A stretch of 64,000 nt of DNA from the NCBI GenBank assembly GCA_050952625.1, contig JBMNLH010000001.1:128001-192000 (forward strand), in the 5' to 3' direction. Shown piece after piece: positions 51,334 to 62,556 of the stretch; the stretch's first letter is position 1, and the number at the start of each line of letters is the position of its first letter. The notes beneath the pieces were generated by a model, which ran no database searches, had not been told where the DNA came from, and saw nothing but the letters and a program-made list of their open reading frames with translations. The DNA comes from Bacillota bacterium. GTDB lineage: Bacteria > Bacillota > Ch66 > Ch109. The position numbers and the translations under genes are program-made.

Positions 51334-54300
51334 ATGAAATCAATATTGAATACTTGTCAGCCTCGACCCGAACTCTTAGCTGGCAATTTTAACCCGGAGG
51401 TTTTCACAGCATCGCTTGGTCCAATCATTGAGTATTATCATAACGGTCGTAATCTAATCGACAGTATCTACACCAATGCCGATCTTTTTTTTCGGGAAGC
51501 CACATATCCTACGCAAGGTCTGCGTTATACTCTGGCCGAGGTGTTCGGCCGGCTAGCTGGTGATATGACTGTTCCGGCTATTCACCGATTGGAAACTGCC
51601 TTTGGAGGAGGTAAGACTCATACCCTGATTGCCTGCACCCATATTGCCTTTCGGGGTACCGAGTTGCGAAGCGTCATTTCAGACATCCTTGACCCAGCAT
51701 TACTACCTGAGCCCGGCTCCGTCACCGTGGTGGGCGTTGCCGGTGATGAAGTACCCGTCCACCGACCCCGAGGCGACGCTTTAGTTCCCTATACCCTCTG
51801 GGGAGAAATTGCTTTTCAGCTCGGGGGAGAAAGACTCTATCGCGAGGTTGAGGATGAAGCTAATTCTCATGCTGCTCCGGGCAGGACGTATTTCGACAAG
51901 GTGTTTGCTAGTCGTAAGGCGTTAATCATGCTGGATGAGCTCGCCCAATACGCCGCCCGGCTCGAAGCCGCTAGGCCGGACGGGGCCAGCCAACTGGCGG
52001 CCTTCTTAATGGCTCTGCACGGCTATGCGCGTAATCACCCGGGGATTGCCGTCATCCTTACCCTGGCTAGCGCGACGGACGCCTTTGCAAAACAGACAGA
52101 GCGTTTAGCGCAACTTGTCGGTCAAGTGCGAGGCGAGGAAATGAGTGAAGACGATGCCCTTGGAATTGGCGAACGAGCGTTAAAGGGAGTAGCCAGCGTT
52201 GTTGCCCGGGATGCGGTTCAGATTACACCGGTACAGGCAGCCGAGATTTCGTCGGTACTCGCCAAACGACTGTTTGTTCTGATTGACCGTGACGCTGCTC
52301 AGGCGACTGCGGAGGATTACCGGCAGTTGTATATCCGCAATTCATCTTTACTGCCAGATGAAGCCTCAAGTGAAAACTTCAAGGCTAGGATGATTGCTCA
52401 TTATCCATTTCATCCAACTCTGATTAGCTTTCTTAATAATAAGCTAGCCAGTGCCGAGAACTTTCAAGGTACGCGCGGCGTGCTGCGGGTATTGGCTCTC
52501 GCAGTGCGCAGTATCTGGCAAAAAAAGCTGGCGGTCCCCATGATCCATACCTGCCACCTGGATCTTCGTTCCGACCGGGTGGTAAATGAATTGCTGGGCC
52601 GGACCGGCAGCTCGGATTTACTGTTTGTTCTCAATGCTGATGTGGGTAGTGTTGATACTGGTACACTGGAGGGTGGTTTTAGCAACGCGGAAATTGAGGA
52701 TCAACGCAACCCGCATCCAGAAGGACACCCTCTTTTTGAGTACACCTGGAAGACGGTCTTTTTGCATAGTTTAGTAGGCCGAGCCGAGGGCCTATCCTCC
52801 AAAATCTTTGGCCTCACTGAAGCTGAAGCCTTATTTAGTGTTTCTTTTCCGGGGCTGACGCCTACTCAGGTCCGGATGGCTTTGGAAAAGATTAGCGAGA
52901 GTGCCTTCTACTTACGTTTTGAGCAAGGGAAATATTTTGCCAGTGAAGAACCGACCATTAACAGTGTTTTGGCCCGGATCCGCAAGACGATTAAAGCCGA
53001 CCAGGTAAGTGAACTGCTGGAGGCTAGTGCCAGTAAAGTTTTGAAGCTTAAGAAGGGGAGTTCGGACCCTTTTCACATCGAATCATCTATTTCCCAACCA
53101 GAGCACCTACCGGATGGGAAGGGCCGGCCGGTCCTGGGGGTGGTCTCGCTAACGGCTGATACTATTGATATTGTGGAGTTCGTGACCACCAAGGGGTTGA
53201 ACAAGCCGAGAGATCAGCAAAACCTCATTTTTATCCTTGCCCCGGAAACGGTAACAATCAGAAGTAGCAACGAGCAGGAAGAATTCTTTCAGGCACAAAG
53301 TACCCGAACCCAGGAGGTTAGACAACGAATTGAGGGGATTGCCCGCCAAGTTAAGGCAATGCGCCTTCTAAAGGAAAGACCGCAGAATTATGGAGTTAAT
53401 CCCCAGCACTTGGAAGCGGAAGATTTTCAGCAGCGTTATACCAAACTTGAGCTTGACCTACAAACCGCCGTAGCGAGTATCTATACGAAACTCTATTATC
53501 CTTCAACATCAGGGTATATTGGACAAAAAGAAATTAAGACCGCTGGTGGCGAGGGCGGTGTACCCTTTATTGAGTTAATTCTAGAGGCATTGATTAAAGA
53601 TGGAGAACTTCTCACCGACCGCAATACCACCCAGTCAGACTTGATGAATCTGAAAAAACTCTTTTTTGAGCAGACGGATACAGTGGCTCTGGCCAAGCTC
53701 CGGGAAAATTTCTGCTGCGTTCGGAGTTGGCCAGTCCTAGAAAATTTTGGAGCCCTAGATCAGATTGTGCGGGCTGGGGTCCAAAAGGGCGAATGGATTG
53801 TCTTCCGCATGGGGGCGGCGAATAATGTCCGACCGGATGAGTTATATCACCAGGAAAATGAGGTTCCCATGGGGGTTAACTTGGCTGATCCGGGCTATGG
53901 ACTTATCACTGTCCAAGGGGCAAACCAGCGCGGCTGGACCAACACTAAGCAGATTGATCCGGCCAAAGTGGGCGAAGGACTTTACTATGCGGTTGCTGAG
54001 AGCGGCTCAGCCTCGGTGCAGCAGCTTACGGAAAACCTGATGGAGAAATTAGGCGAATTCTCGACTCAGGACCTAAATGAGGCGGTAGTGAATTTGGTTA
54101 AAAACGACCGACTGCTTGCTTTTCGCGGTTCGCCGGATCAACAAAAAAAGCCGGATCTAATTCATGGGTCCGGGGCGGTTCTTTATACTCCTCAACCCGA
54201 GGATGTCCTGATTACGCCGGCCCGGGCCCTCTGAGTTAGGTTGGATCACCACCCAGCACCGAGGCTTTAATCTCGCGGGGAAGGAAGGAACGGAAAAGCT

Positions 54301-54565
54301 CTTGCCCTTATTGCGGCGATTAGGCAGTATCTATAGTCGAGGAGCTAAATCGACCATTGAGACCCTGGATCTGGTAGATTTTGAACTGCCAGAAGGGGGG
54401 ACCCTCCGTTTGCAATTATCTAACGTACCGCCAGGATCAATGAAGGCCCTTGGTGAGTTATTTGAGGTGCTGGATGGTGTCGTAGAAAAAGGAGAAAATA
54501 CCGAGTTTTTCTTAGAAATCCTTGATCCGGAGGATGATTGTCTCTTGATTCAGGAACTTAAATAA
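51334..54565 (+). CDS. DUF499 family P-loop ATPase (apparent +1 frameshift near 54227-54229 joins the 54302-54565 ORF)
   Basis: Walker A TAFGGGKTH, YTLWGEIA, Walker B LDE, YPFHP, NFQGTRGVLR. The +1 frame continues open as SELGWITTQH... Confidence 0.85.
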
Positions 54566-54586
54566 CAGATAACGCGAGGCATAATT

Positions 54587-55195
54587 ATGGAAAACCAGAA
54601 GTCAAATCTAGATTTAGGCCAATTAACAGATTTTCAGCAACGGATCCGAATCCTGGTAGGGAACGCCCCTTGGGTTCTGCGGATCACGGATTTAAAGGAT
54701 AAACCAGCACCGGTTTTTATTGTGAAAAAACGTTATCTACCAGACGAAGACCCGAGAAAAAATGTATCTAAGAGCAAGACTGTGCTCAGAGACCAGGGGT
54801 TTATTTATGGTCAGTCCCTCCGCCGTTGTTTACCGGTAATCCGGCTGATTATCAACGGGGTGTGTGATGAGGCGGGTGTTCCCCTGGAATTACAGCAATA
54901 TACCGGTAACGGTCGGATCACGTTTCGGGGCAATCTGCCGCTCGATGAAGAAGCGGGGACCAAGTTATCGCTAATCTTCCAACTTCAGGCCCGAGTTAAG
55001 GACCTGGATCGGGTTGAACTAATTGCCTGGCGGGTGGAACGGTTCAGCCGTGAGGAGGCTGCCTACTGGTTGACCAGGGCGACTCAGTCCGGGGCAGCTG
55101 CTAATCGTTGGGCTCAGGCTGGGATGCGTATTATGCTTGGCGGACAGCCGGATGATAAAGCCATCCTTAATCTGCTGGAAAAGTTACGGAGATAG
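54587..55195 (+). CDS. Small accessory protein of the DUF499 system (DUF3780-like)
   Basis: Position between DUF499 and DUF1156; C-terminal SREEAAYWL...RWAQAGMRIML. Confidence 0.6.
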   Translation: MENQKSNLDLGQLTDFQQRIRILVGNAPWVLRITDLKDKPAPVFIVKKRYLPDEDPRKNVSKSKTVLRDQGFIYGQSLRRCLPVIRLIINGVCDEAGVPLELQQYTGNGRITFRGNLPLDEEAGTKLSLIFQLQARVKDLDRVELIAWRVERFSREEAAYWLTRATQSGAAANRWAQAGMRIMLGGQPDDKAILNLLEKLRR

Positions 55196-55267
55196 CAACC
55201 GGAGGGACGGTTCTTGTGGCGGGTAAGTCGCAGCGAGCCGGGGATAAGGTGCCCTTAATCTACCGGG

Positions 55268-58200
55268 ATGTTTGCGGAGACGGAAAGGGGAACAGCTATG
55301 CAGGAGAGTAAAACCAGATCAGACATTAGATTTATTGAAGCCGGCTTTCCCTGTCACCAGGTGGGAGCGGAGACTCAGCGGGAGCGGGATACTGGTAAAG
55401 CACCGCCTACTCACCGTCTTCATGTATGGTGGGCCCGCCGGCCGCTGACCGCAAGCCGTGCGGCTATTCTGGGATCACTCTTGCCGGCCGGAACAGATCC
55501 GGACTGGTTTCTGCGGCAGTTGGGGATTGAGAAGGTGCAGGCCATAGTGAATGGGGAGCCGTGGACGCTGGAAGATAAACTGGTGGAGAGAATTGAAAAG
55601 GATGCCACAGGGCAAGAAAGATTAAAGGTGGATTCCGTTGTAGAGAGGGCTCTTCTAAGAGAGCAGGGCTTAAGGGAAGGTTATAGGAAACAAATCGAAG
55701 ATATCGTTAGCGTAAATTCTTCACTTAGTGAGCATCCAGTTATTCAGAAATGGCGAGAACTAAGTAAACCACTTCCTGAACCGCTATCTTTAGAAGGTAG
55801 AGCATTATTTATTAAGCGAATTGCTGCTGATCCAGCATGGTTTAAAGAATTGCTAGAGATTGCGGGAAGCGTAGGTGTTCGTGTGCCAAACCTTTACGGT
55901 TATTCCAGGGCTTTTATGCATCATCCAGATTGTTGTCAATCTAGTGAAATTACCGTGCTTGATTGCACTGCTGGCGGTGGTTCAATTCCGTTCGAAGCGT
56001 TGCGACTTGGTCACCGCGTGATTGGAAATGATCTGAATCCGGTCGCAACTGTAATTCTTTACGCTACACTAGATTACCCTGCGCGTTACGGTTTAACGCT
56101 AATTGATGACATCAAACAATGGGGTCAGAAGTTATTAGATGCTTTAGAAAGGGCTTTAGATCCTATCTTCCCTCGTAGTTTTCCATTGCCACAAAGCGAA
56201 CGTTATATTTTAGAAACACATCTAAGTAAGTGCCCTAGTTTTATCCCTGAGTACGATAAAGAGGATACGACTACTTATATTTACGCTCGTCAAGTCACCT
56301 GCCCCCATTGTGGAGGCGAAGCCCCACTGTTGAATACCTGCTGGCTATCAAAAGGGGGCGAGAAATGGGGCGTGCGGATCGTCACTGATCGAAAATTGAA
56401 GGGTGGCAAGGTCCATTTTGAGACTTACCGGCTTAAGGGCAACCGGGGGCCGAACGGCGAGGACCCCAACCTGGCCACGGTTAGCGGGGGTGTCGGAACT
56501 TGCCTCCACTGCCGTCAGGCCATCCCGGCTGACGAAATCAAGGCTCAAGCTCGGGGCGAGTCACCACATGGTCAATGGCAGGATCGACTATACTGTGTTG
56601 CAGCCGTGCGCTATCAGCCTAAATTAGACAAGCACGGTCAACCGGAGCGTTACAAAAGTGGTGAGCGAGCCGGCGAGATCAAGACGGAGAAAATTCGCTT
56701 TTTCCGGCCGCCTAATGCCCAGGATTTTCATGCTCTAGCTGAGGCGGAAAAGCGTTTGCAGCAGCATTGGCCAAACTGGGAGCGGCAGGGACTGATTCCG
56801 ACGGAAAAGATTCCTCCGGGTCATAAAACAATGGAACCATTACGTGCGGGTATGACTCGCTGGTGCGATATGTTTACCCCACGTCAGCTTTTGGGGCATC
56901 TATTTCTGGTAGAGGAACTGAATCGCCTTAAACCGGAAATTCTGCAGGAACTAGGTGAAGAGCGGGGTCGAGCAGTAGTAACTTACCTGCAGTTTATGAT
57001 TGATAAGGGCATTGATTATAACAGTAAGCAGACAAGATGGCATTATAGTCGTGGTGTCTTGATTAACACTTTTGGAAGACATGATTATTCAGTTAAGTGG
57101 ACCTTTGGTGAAATGGTTTTCAGCGGCCCTAATTCCGGTGCCGTCTGGGCCCTTTCGCAGATTTTGGACGCATATCAGGGAATGGCTGAGTTGATGGCTC
57201 CGCTGCATGAAAAACTGGCGGGTGCGGAACCGCCGGTGAGTATTCATTGCGGTACAGCAGCCCACCTTTATTTACCTGCCCAAACGGTCGATTTGGTGTG
57301 CATTGATCCGCCTTATTACAACAATGTCCAGTATGCGGAATTGTCGGATTACTTTTATGTCTGGCAGCGTCGTACCCTGCAGGATCTTTATCCGAATATC
57401 TTTAGACGCCGGCTGACCAATAAAACGGAAGAAGCAGTGGCTAATCCGGCTCGAGACGGTTCGGCTGCTAAGGCTGCTCGCGAGTATGAACGATTGATGG
57501 GCGAGATTTTTGCTGAGTGTCGCCGGGTGCTTAAAGACAATGGCATCTTAACCATTATGTTTACCCATAAAACTCAGGAAGCTTGGGAAACATTGACCCA
57601 TTCACTGATCGATAATGGTTGGACCATCACTTCCTCAATGCCAGTGGAATCTGAGGCCGGGGAGTCGATCCATCAAAAAGGGATGGCCTCTGCCGCTAGT
57701 TCTATTTTCTTGACCTGCCGTAAACGGGATCTATTAGATAGAATCCCAGCGACTTGGACCGGTTTTGGCGGCACGGGAGTAGCGCAGCGGATCCGTGAGG
57801 CAGTGCGGCAAGGCTTGAAAGAATTCGAAGTACTGCGCCTGAATGCGGTGGATGAGATGGTCGCTAGTTACGGCCGGGCCCTGCATGTCCTTTCCCAACA
57901 CTGGCCGGTATTGGATGGCGATGAACTGGTCAGCCCGATTCGGGCGATGAATGAAGCCAGTGCCGTCGCGGCCGCCCAGTATCAGATAGCTCGGCTAACG
58001 CAGGGGCGGTTAAAGGTCGAGGAACTGAAGTCAGAAACGGCTATGGCCTTAACTTTATATGGTATTTTTGGGTTAAGTAGTTTTCCTTACGATCAAGCGT
58101 TAAACCTTTCTCGTTCACTTAACATCAGCCTTGAGAGTAAATCAGCCGGATACGCGGTTAACGACCGAATGATCGGCATCAATAACGAAAATAGAGGCAG

Positions 58201-58534
58201 AAGTGCAAATAGGGGCAGACGGGCTGGTCGAGGCAATAATGAGGATACGGGGTACCATGCGCCGTTGCTGCGTCAAGGGTCTAAACTGCGCTTGGCCTTG
58301 CCCGAGGAGCGCAACCAAAGTCGCTTAAACCAACCGCAGACGGAATGGGATATTCTGCACGGGCTAATCCTGGCTTACCGGGAAGGCGATGTGCCGGTGG
58401 CGCGCGCTTACTTGTCTCAGCACGCAGAAGGACGGCAACCGGTGATCCTGGATCTACTTTCGGTTTGGGCCGCGGAAATGGCGGATGAACGGTTACGCAA
58501 GGAAGCGGAGGCAATCCAATTTGGGATAAAGTGA
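55268..58534 (+). CDS. DUF1156-containing amino (N6-adenine) DNA methyltransferase with Zn ribbons
   Basis: LHVWWARRPLTASRA, DCTAGGGSIPFEA, CPHC/CLHC, IDPPYY. Confidence 0.88.
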   Translation: MFAETERGTAMQESKTRSDIRFIEAGFPCHQVGAETQRERDTGKAPPTHRLHVWWARRPLTASRAAILGSLLPAGTDPDWFLRQLGIEKVQAIVNGEPWTLEDKLVERIEKDATGQERLKVDSVVERALLREQGLREGYRKQIEDIVSVNSSLSEHPVIQKWRELSKPLPEPLSLEGRALFIKRIAADPAWFKELLEIAGSVGVRVPNLYGYSRAFMHHPDCCQSSEITVLDCTAGGGSIPFEALRLGHRVIGNDLNPVATVILYATLDYPARYGLTLIDDIKQWGQKLLDALERALDPIFPRSFPLPQSERYILETHLSKCPSFIPEYDKEDTTTYIYARQVTCPHCGGEAPLLNTCWLSKGGEKWGVRIVTDRKLKGGKVHFETYRLKGNRGPNGEDPNLATVSGGVGTCLHCRQAIPADEIKAQARGESPHGQWQDRLYCVAAVRYQPKLDKHGQPERYKSGERAGEIKTEKIRFFRPPNAQDFHALAEAEKRLQQHWPNWERQGLIPTEKIPPGHKTMEPLRAGMTRWCDMFTPRQLLGHLFLVEELNRLKPEILQELGEERGRAVVTYLQFMIDKGIDYNSKQTRWHYSRGVLINTFGRHDYSVKWTFGEMVFSGPNSGAVWALSQILDAYQGMAELMAPLHEKLAGAEPPVSIHCGTAAHLYLPAQTVDLVCIDPPYYNNVQYAELSDYFYVWQRRTLQDLYPNIFRRRLTNKTEEAVANPARDGSAAKAAREYERLMGEIFAECRRVLKDNGILTIMFTHKTQEAWETLTHSLIDNGWTITSSMPVESEAGESIHQKGMASAASSIFLTCRKRDLLDRIPATWTGFGGTGVAQRIREAVRQGLKEFEVLRLNAVDEMVASYGRALHVLSQHWPVLDGDELVSPIRAMNEASAVAAAQYQIARLTQGRLKVEELKSETAMALTLYGIFGLSSFPYDQALNLSRSLNISLESKSAGYAVNDRMIGINNENRGRSANRGRRAGRGNNEDTGYHAPLLRQGSKLRLALPEERNQSRLNQPQTEWDILHGLILAYREGDVPVARAYLSQHAEGRQPVILDLLSVWAAEMADERLRKEAEAIQFGIK

Positions 58535-58647
58535 ACTGAGGCTAGCCGGTAATACAAAAATATCCCGCATTTAATCTGTGGGATAGTTGTTTTTATCAGT
58601 GATTGTGCTCTATGGGTATGGTCGTTAACAGAAAACGGGTGATGTAG

Positions 58648-61600
58648 TTGAAAAAAGATACGGCAACAGGCCGGAGTCTACAATCACGACCCTGGCTTCT
58701 TTCTTATAAAACCTCTTCCACGATCATTGATGGTCGGCCGGTGAACATTCTTCACGATTTTTATCTACCGGTGCTTCGTCTCGCGGTCCGGTATGACCGG
58801 GTCGCCGGGTATTTTCGTTCCTCTTCCTTAGCCGTGGCCTCCCAAGGGTTTTCTTCTTTTGTCAACCGGCAGGGCAAAATGCGCTTGATCGTCGGGGCTG
58901 ACCTGGAGCCGGAAGATGTCAAGGCGATCCTAGCCGGGGATGCACAGCGGCTGGCTGCCCAGTTAAATAAGGAACTAAACCAGCCGGAGACCTGGCCGGA
59001 GAAAATCCGCAACGGGGTAACCCTATTGGCCTGGATGATTGCCCGGGGCTATCTTGAAGTCCGAGTAGCCTTTCGGCTTCATCGGGAAACCGGTCAGCCG
59101 CTTCCTTTTGATGCAATGGAAGATGGCTACGTGCATGAAAAATGGTTCATTTTGCAGGATGAGTTGGGTAATCGTCTGTATGGAACCGGCACTCTTAATG
59201 AATCAAAAACCGCTCTGATCCTGAACGCAGAAAATATTGATATTCATTGTGACTGGTGGGGAGAGACGGACCGTCAGCGGGTTAACGAGGCAGTTGAGTC
59301 TTTTGAAAACCTGTGGCAGAATCGAGTACCGCACCTGCCGGTGCTGACCCTGCCAGAAGCGGTGCGACGTCAGTTAATCCGGTTGGCGGAGGGAATTAGT
59401 CATCCTGTTGAGCTTGATGGGACACCGGCCGTTAAGCAGGTGGTTGAACCACCCTCGGCCATGGAACGATTAAGATTTGCCATGCTACGCGATGCCCCCA
59501 AAATGCCGGGTGGTCGTTTCGTCGGGATGGAAACCGCTCCGGTCGAGCCTTGGCCTCACCAGACCATCGTAGTGCGACGACTGGTGGAAACCTGGCCTTA
59601 TTCATATTTGTTGTGTGATGAGGTTGGTCTGGGGAAAACCATCGAGGCCGGTCTGGCGTTTCGTTCCCTCTATTTATCAGGCCTGGTGAAACGCATCCTC
59701 ATCGCCGCACCAGCTAGTTTGACTTCCCAATGGCACCGGCAAATGGCTTCCAAATTGCTGCTTTCCTTTGGCCGAATCCGGACAACACCTAAGGCGGTGC
59801 ACGAGTACCTGCTGCCGGTGGAGGAAAATCGGGCAGCGAACTCGCTTTTTGGACCAGATCTGGTTATTGTGTCCACCGGGCTACTGGTCCATCGGGAACG
59901 GGCAGCGACTATAAAGGATGCAGAACCATTCGACATTGTCTTGGTTGACGAAGCCCATGCGGCTCGGCGGCAAAATCCCGCGATTGGTTTAGCTGCTAAC
60001 CCGGAATTTGGGCAGCTTTATACGGTGATTCGTGATTGCCTGCGACCACAGGCTCGTAGCCTATGGCTGGCTACCGCTACCCCGATGCAGATCCACCCGG
60101 TCGAAGTCTGCGATCTGCTGGCGTTGACCAATCGGGTGGGGGCCTTCCAGTTTGATCCAACCTTAACCTTGCAATACTATGAGGTGCTGAGCAAACTGGT
60201 GCAGGATCAAGAGCCCAACGATTATGAGTGGGAGTTTCTTCGCCGGGCAGTGCAGTCAATTCAAAAGCAGGACCCTCTGCTTTGGCAGTATTTTGAGGGC
60301 AGCGTAATCGATGGCCGCATTAGAACAGCTGTCCGCCAATGGTTGGAGAACCGGCGGCGACCCAGGGGCCGAGATCGTAAGCTGATGACTAGGTTGTTAT
60401 TTAGTGCCGCCCCTCTTTCGCGGGTCATGCTGCGTCATAACCGGCGGTTGTTAGAAATCTATCAGGCTAATGGACAATTACAGCAAAACTTGGCCAAGCG
60501 TCACATCCTCAAGTTGCCTCGGATCGAATTTCGGCCATTAGAACGTCAGATTTACGACCAGTTAGAAGAATACTGTCAGGGATTGACCCGGCAAATCCAA
60601 AAGCATGCTAATCAACAGTCGCGACAAATGATGAGTTTTTTATTGAGCTTTTTGCGTCTTCGATTTGCCTCCAGTCTTTATGCGATTCGCGAGACCTTGC
60701 AGCGTCGGCTGCACCGGGTGGAAGCAACCCTTCGCCACCAGTTAATAATTGAAGCTGAAGATACGGAATTAGGACCATCCGCACTGCAGGACCTGGTTTT
60801 AGAAGGTGATGCGGAAGACGACCAGGTAGCTGTAGAATCCATGCTAAAAAAACGGACCACACCGGATTTAGAATGGGAACAGGCTCGGTTGAAAGCCATG
60901 CTGGCTTCGATGTCGGACCTGTCGGAAACCTCGTCAAAAATGCAGGTACTGTTGCAGACCCTTGACCAGCGTAGGGACCGGCGGACCGGGCGTATTAGGC
61001 AGACCGTTATTTTTACCCGGTTCTATGATACCTTGAAAGATATTGTGGCCCGGCTGCATCAGGCGGATCCTCGAATGTGGATCGGCACTTATTCGGGTCA
61101 GGGGGCAGAGTATTTCGAGCCTGATAGCGGCCAAAAGATTAATTTGGACCGGGAAGAAGTGAAGGAGCGTTTTCTTCGGGGTGAAATCGATGTGTTAGTT
61201 TGTACCGATGCCGCGGCTGAGGGATTGAATCTGCAAACCGCGGACTGGCTGGTCAATTTTGATTTAGGCTGGAACCCAATGAAAGTCGAACAGCGGATTG
61301 GTCGGATTGACCGAATTGGTCAAAAACACAAGGACATCTATGTTCAAAATCTGTGTTATCTTGGCAGTGCTGAGGAAATCGTCTATGGTCGTCTTCTAAA
61401 ACGTTTGGCTGAGGCGAATATGATCGTTGGCACCCAACAGCTATCCCTACTTCCTGTCGAACCAGAAGACTTTCTCCAACTGGCTGAGGGTAAAATGACT
61501 GAAGACGATTTGGTGGCCAAGGCCCGTGAGCGGATTGCGTTACAACGCAAGAACACCGAGAGTATGGAAATTGATCCCCAGGCGTTGTACGAGATTTATT

Positions 61601-62556
61601 TGCGTCTGGCTCATACCAGTGAACGCTGGTCAGCTCCTGTAAACCTGCCTGCGATTGGAGAGGCTCTTTGTGGATCGCGTTATCTGCGCGATTTAGGATG
61701 CTTAGTTTTGGAAAAAGTAGCGGAGCCAACCTTAATTATGTCGGGCATTGAACAGATCCCTGATGGTACAGTAATGACAATTTCCCGTAGGTTGTATGAA
61801 GAAGGTCTGGGCGATGGCCACCCACGGGTACATTTCGCCTCGTATGGTGATCCATTCTTTGATGCTATTCTGGAGCATTTTGCTCAGTTTAAGCTTCCGC
61901 CATGTGTTCGCCGGATCAGTATTCCGGTCCCCGGTATGCCCCACTTAGAAATGGTGGGTTTTGCAGTCGCCAGCCAGCGGGATAGAGACAGCCATGAAGT
62001 GCGATTAATTCGGGCCTGGAATGATCTGGCCGACTTAAACCTAGCTGAGTCGCATATTTTGACGGAAGCAGAAATCGAGCCGGTGCGGGCGGAACTCATC
62101 CGAATTGCACAGGAAGAATATGGGCCTTACCTTGCGGCGGAGCGGATTGAGCGCGAAAATGTACGGGCAGCTAGGGCGCAGGAAATATTAAATTATTATG
62201 TCAGTCACCGCTTGCTGAAAGCGAGGGCTTGGTCAGCCGGAGAGGAAGCCCCGTACTGGACCTTACAGCGCGAAGTTGACCTGTTGTATGAAAATCGCGA
62301 ACGTCTGTTTATTAATGATTTACCAGCGTCTATGTTCCGGTCCTTGGCGGAGGAGTTGCTTTTTGATTGTCAGGTACCGAGTGTTGGAGATAAAGCCAGT
62401 CTATATGTGCCACATATTTTGGCAAAATCGGCCATGGATGCGGCAAATCGGCTGGCTAACAGCATGAAGGTGCGCCGGAGTGAGCTTCGAGCCAAAACGG
62501 TTATGACGCGCTTACTGCGGGAAGCAGAGGCGAGAAGGCAACAATGGAGCAGATAA
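58648..62556 (+). CDS. PLD-family nuclease fused to a SNF2/SF2 helicase
   Basis: HEKWFILQD...GTLNES (HKD-like), DEVGLGKT, DEAH, TATP, EGLNLQ, EQRIGRIDRIGQ. Confidence 0.9.
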   Translation: MKKDTATGRSLQSRPWLLSYKTSSTIIDGRPVNILHDFYLPVLRLAVRYDRVAGYFRSSSLAVASQGFSSFVNRQGKMRLIVGADLEPEDVKAILAGDAQRLAAQLNKELNQPETWPEKIRNGVTLLAWMIARGYLEVRVAFRLHRETGQPLPFDAMEDGYVHEKWFILQDELGNRLYGTGTLNESKTALILNAENIDIHCDWWGETDRQRVNEAVESFENLWQNRVPHLPVLTLPEAVRRQLIRLAEGISHPVELDGTPAVKQVVEPPSAMERLRFAMLRDAPKMPGGRFVGMETAPVEPWPHQTIVVRRLVETWPYSYLLCDEVGLGKTIEAGLAFRSLYLSGLVKRILIAAPASLTSQWHRQMASKLLLSFGRIRTTPKAVHEYLLPVEENRAANSLFGPDLVIVSTGLLVHRERAATIKDAEPFDIVLVDEAHAARRQNPAIGLAANPEFGQLYTVIRDCLRPQARSLWLATATPMQIHPVEVCDLLALTNRVGAFQFDPTLTLQYYEVLSKLVQDQEPNDYEWEFLRRAVQSIQKQDPLLWQYFEGSVIDGRIRTAVRQWLENRRRPRGRDRKLMTRLLFSAAPLSRVMLRHNRRLLEIYQANGQLQQNLAKRHILKLPRIEFRPLERQIYDQLEEYCQGLTRQIQKHANQQSRQMMSFLLSFLRLRFASSLYAIRETLQRRLHRVEATLRHQLIIEAEDTELGPSALQDLVLEGDAEDDQVAVESMLKKRTTPDLEWEQARLKAMLASMSDLSETSSKMQVLLQTLDQRRDRRTGRIRQTVIFTRFYDTLKDIVARLHQADPRMWIGTYSGQGAEYFEPDSGQKINLDREEVKERFLRGEIDVLVCTDAAAEGLNLQTADWLVNFDLGWNPMKVEQRIGRIDRIGQKHKDIYVQNLCYLGSAEEIVYGRLLKRLAEANMIVGTQQLSLLPVEPEDFLQLAEGKMTEDDLVAKARERIALQRKNTESMEIDPQALYEIYLRLAHTSERWSAPVNLPAIGEALCGSRYLRDLGCLVLEKVAEPTLIMSGIEQIPDGTVMTISRRLYEEGLGDGHPRVHFASYGDPFFDAILEHFAQFKLPPCVRRISIPVPGMPHLEMVGFAVASQRDRDSHEVRLIRAWNDLADLNLAESHILTEAEIEPVRAELIRIAQEEYGPYLAAERIERENVRAARAQEILNYYVSHRLLKARAWSAGEEAPYWTLQREVDLLYENRERLFINDLPASMFRSLAEELLFDCQVPSVGDKASLYVPHILAKSAMDAANRLANSMKVRRSELRAKTVMTRLLREAEARRQQWSR

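Noticed and set aside
991-62467. Numerous 60-170 aa ORFs antisense to or nested in long genes
   Set aside because: Shadow ORFs of well-supported genes with no independent evidence.
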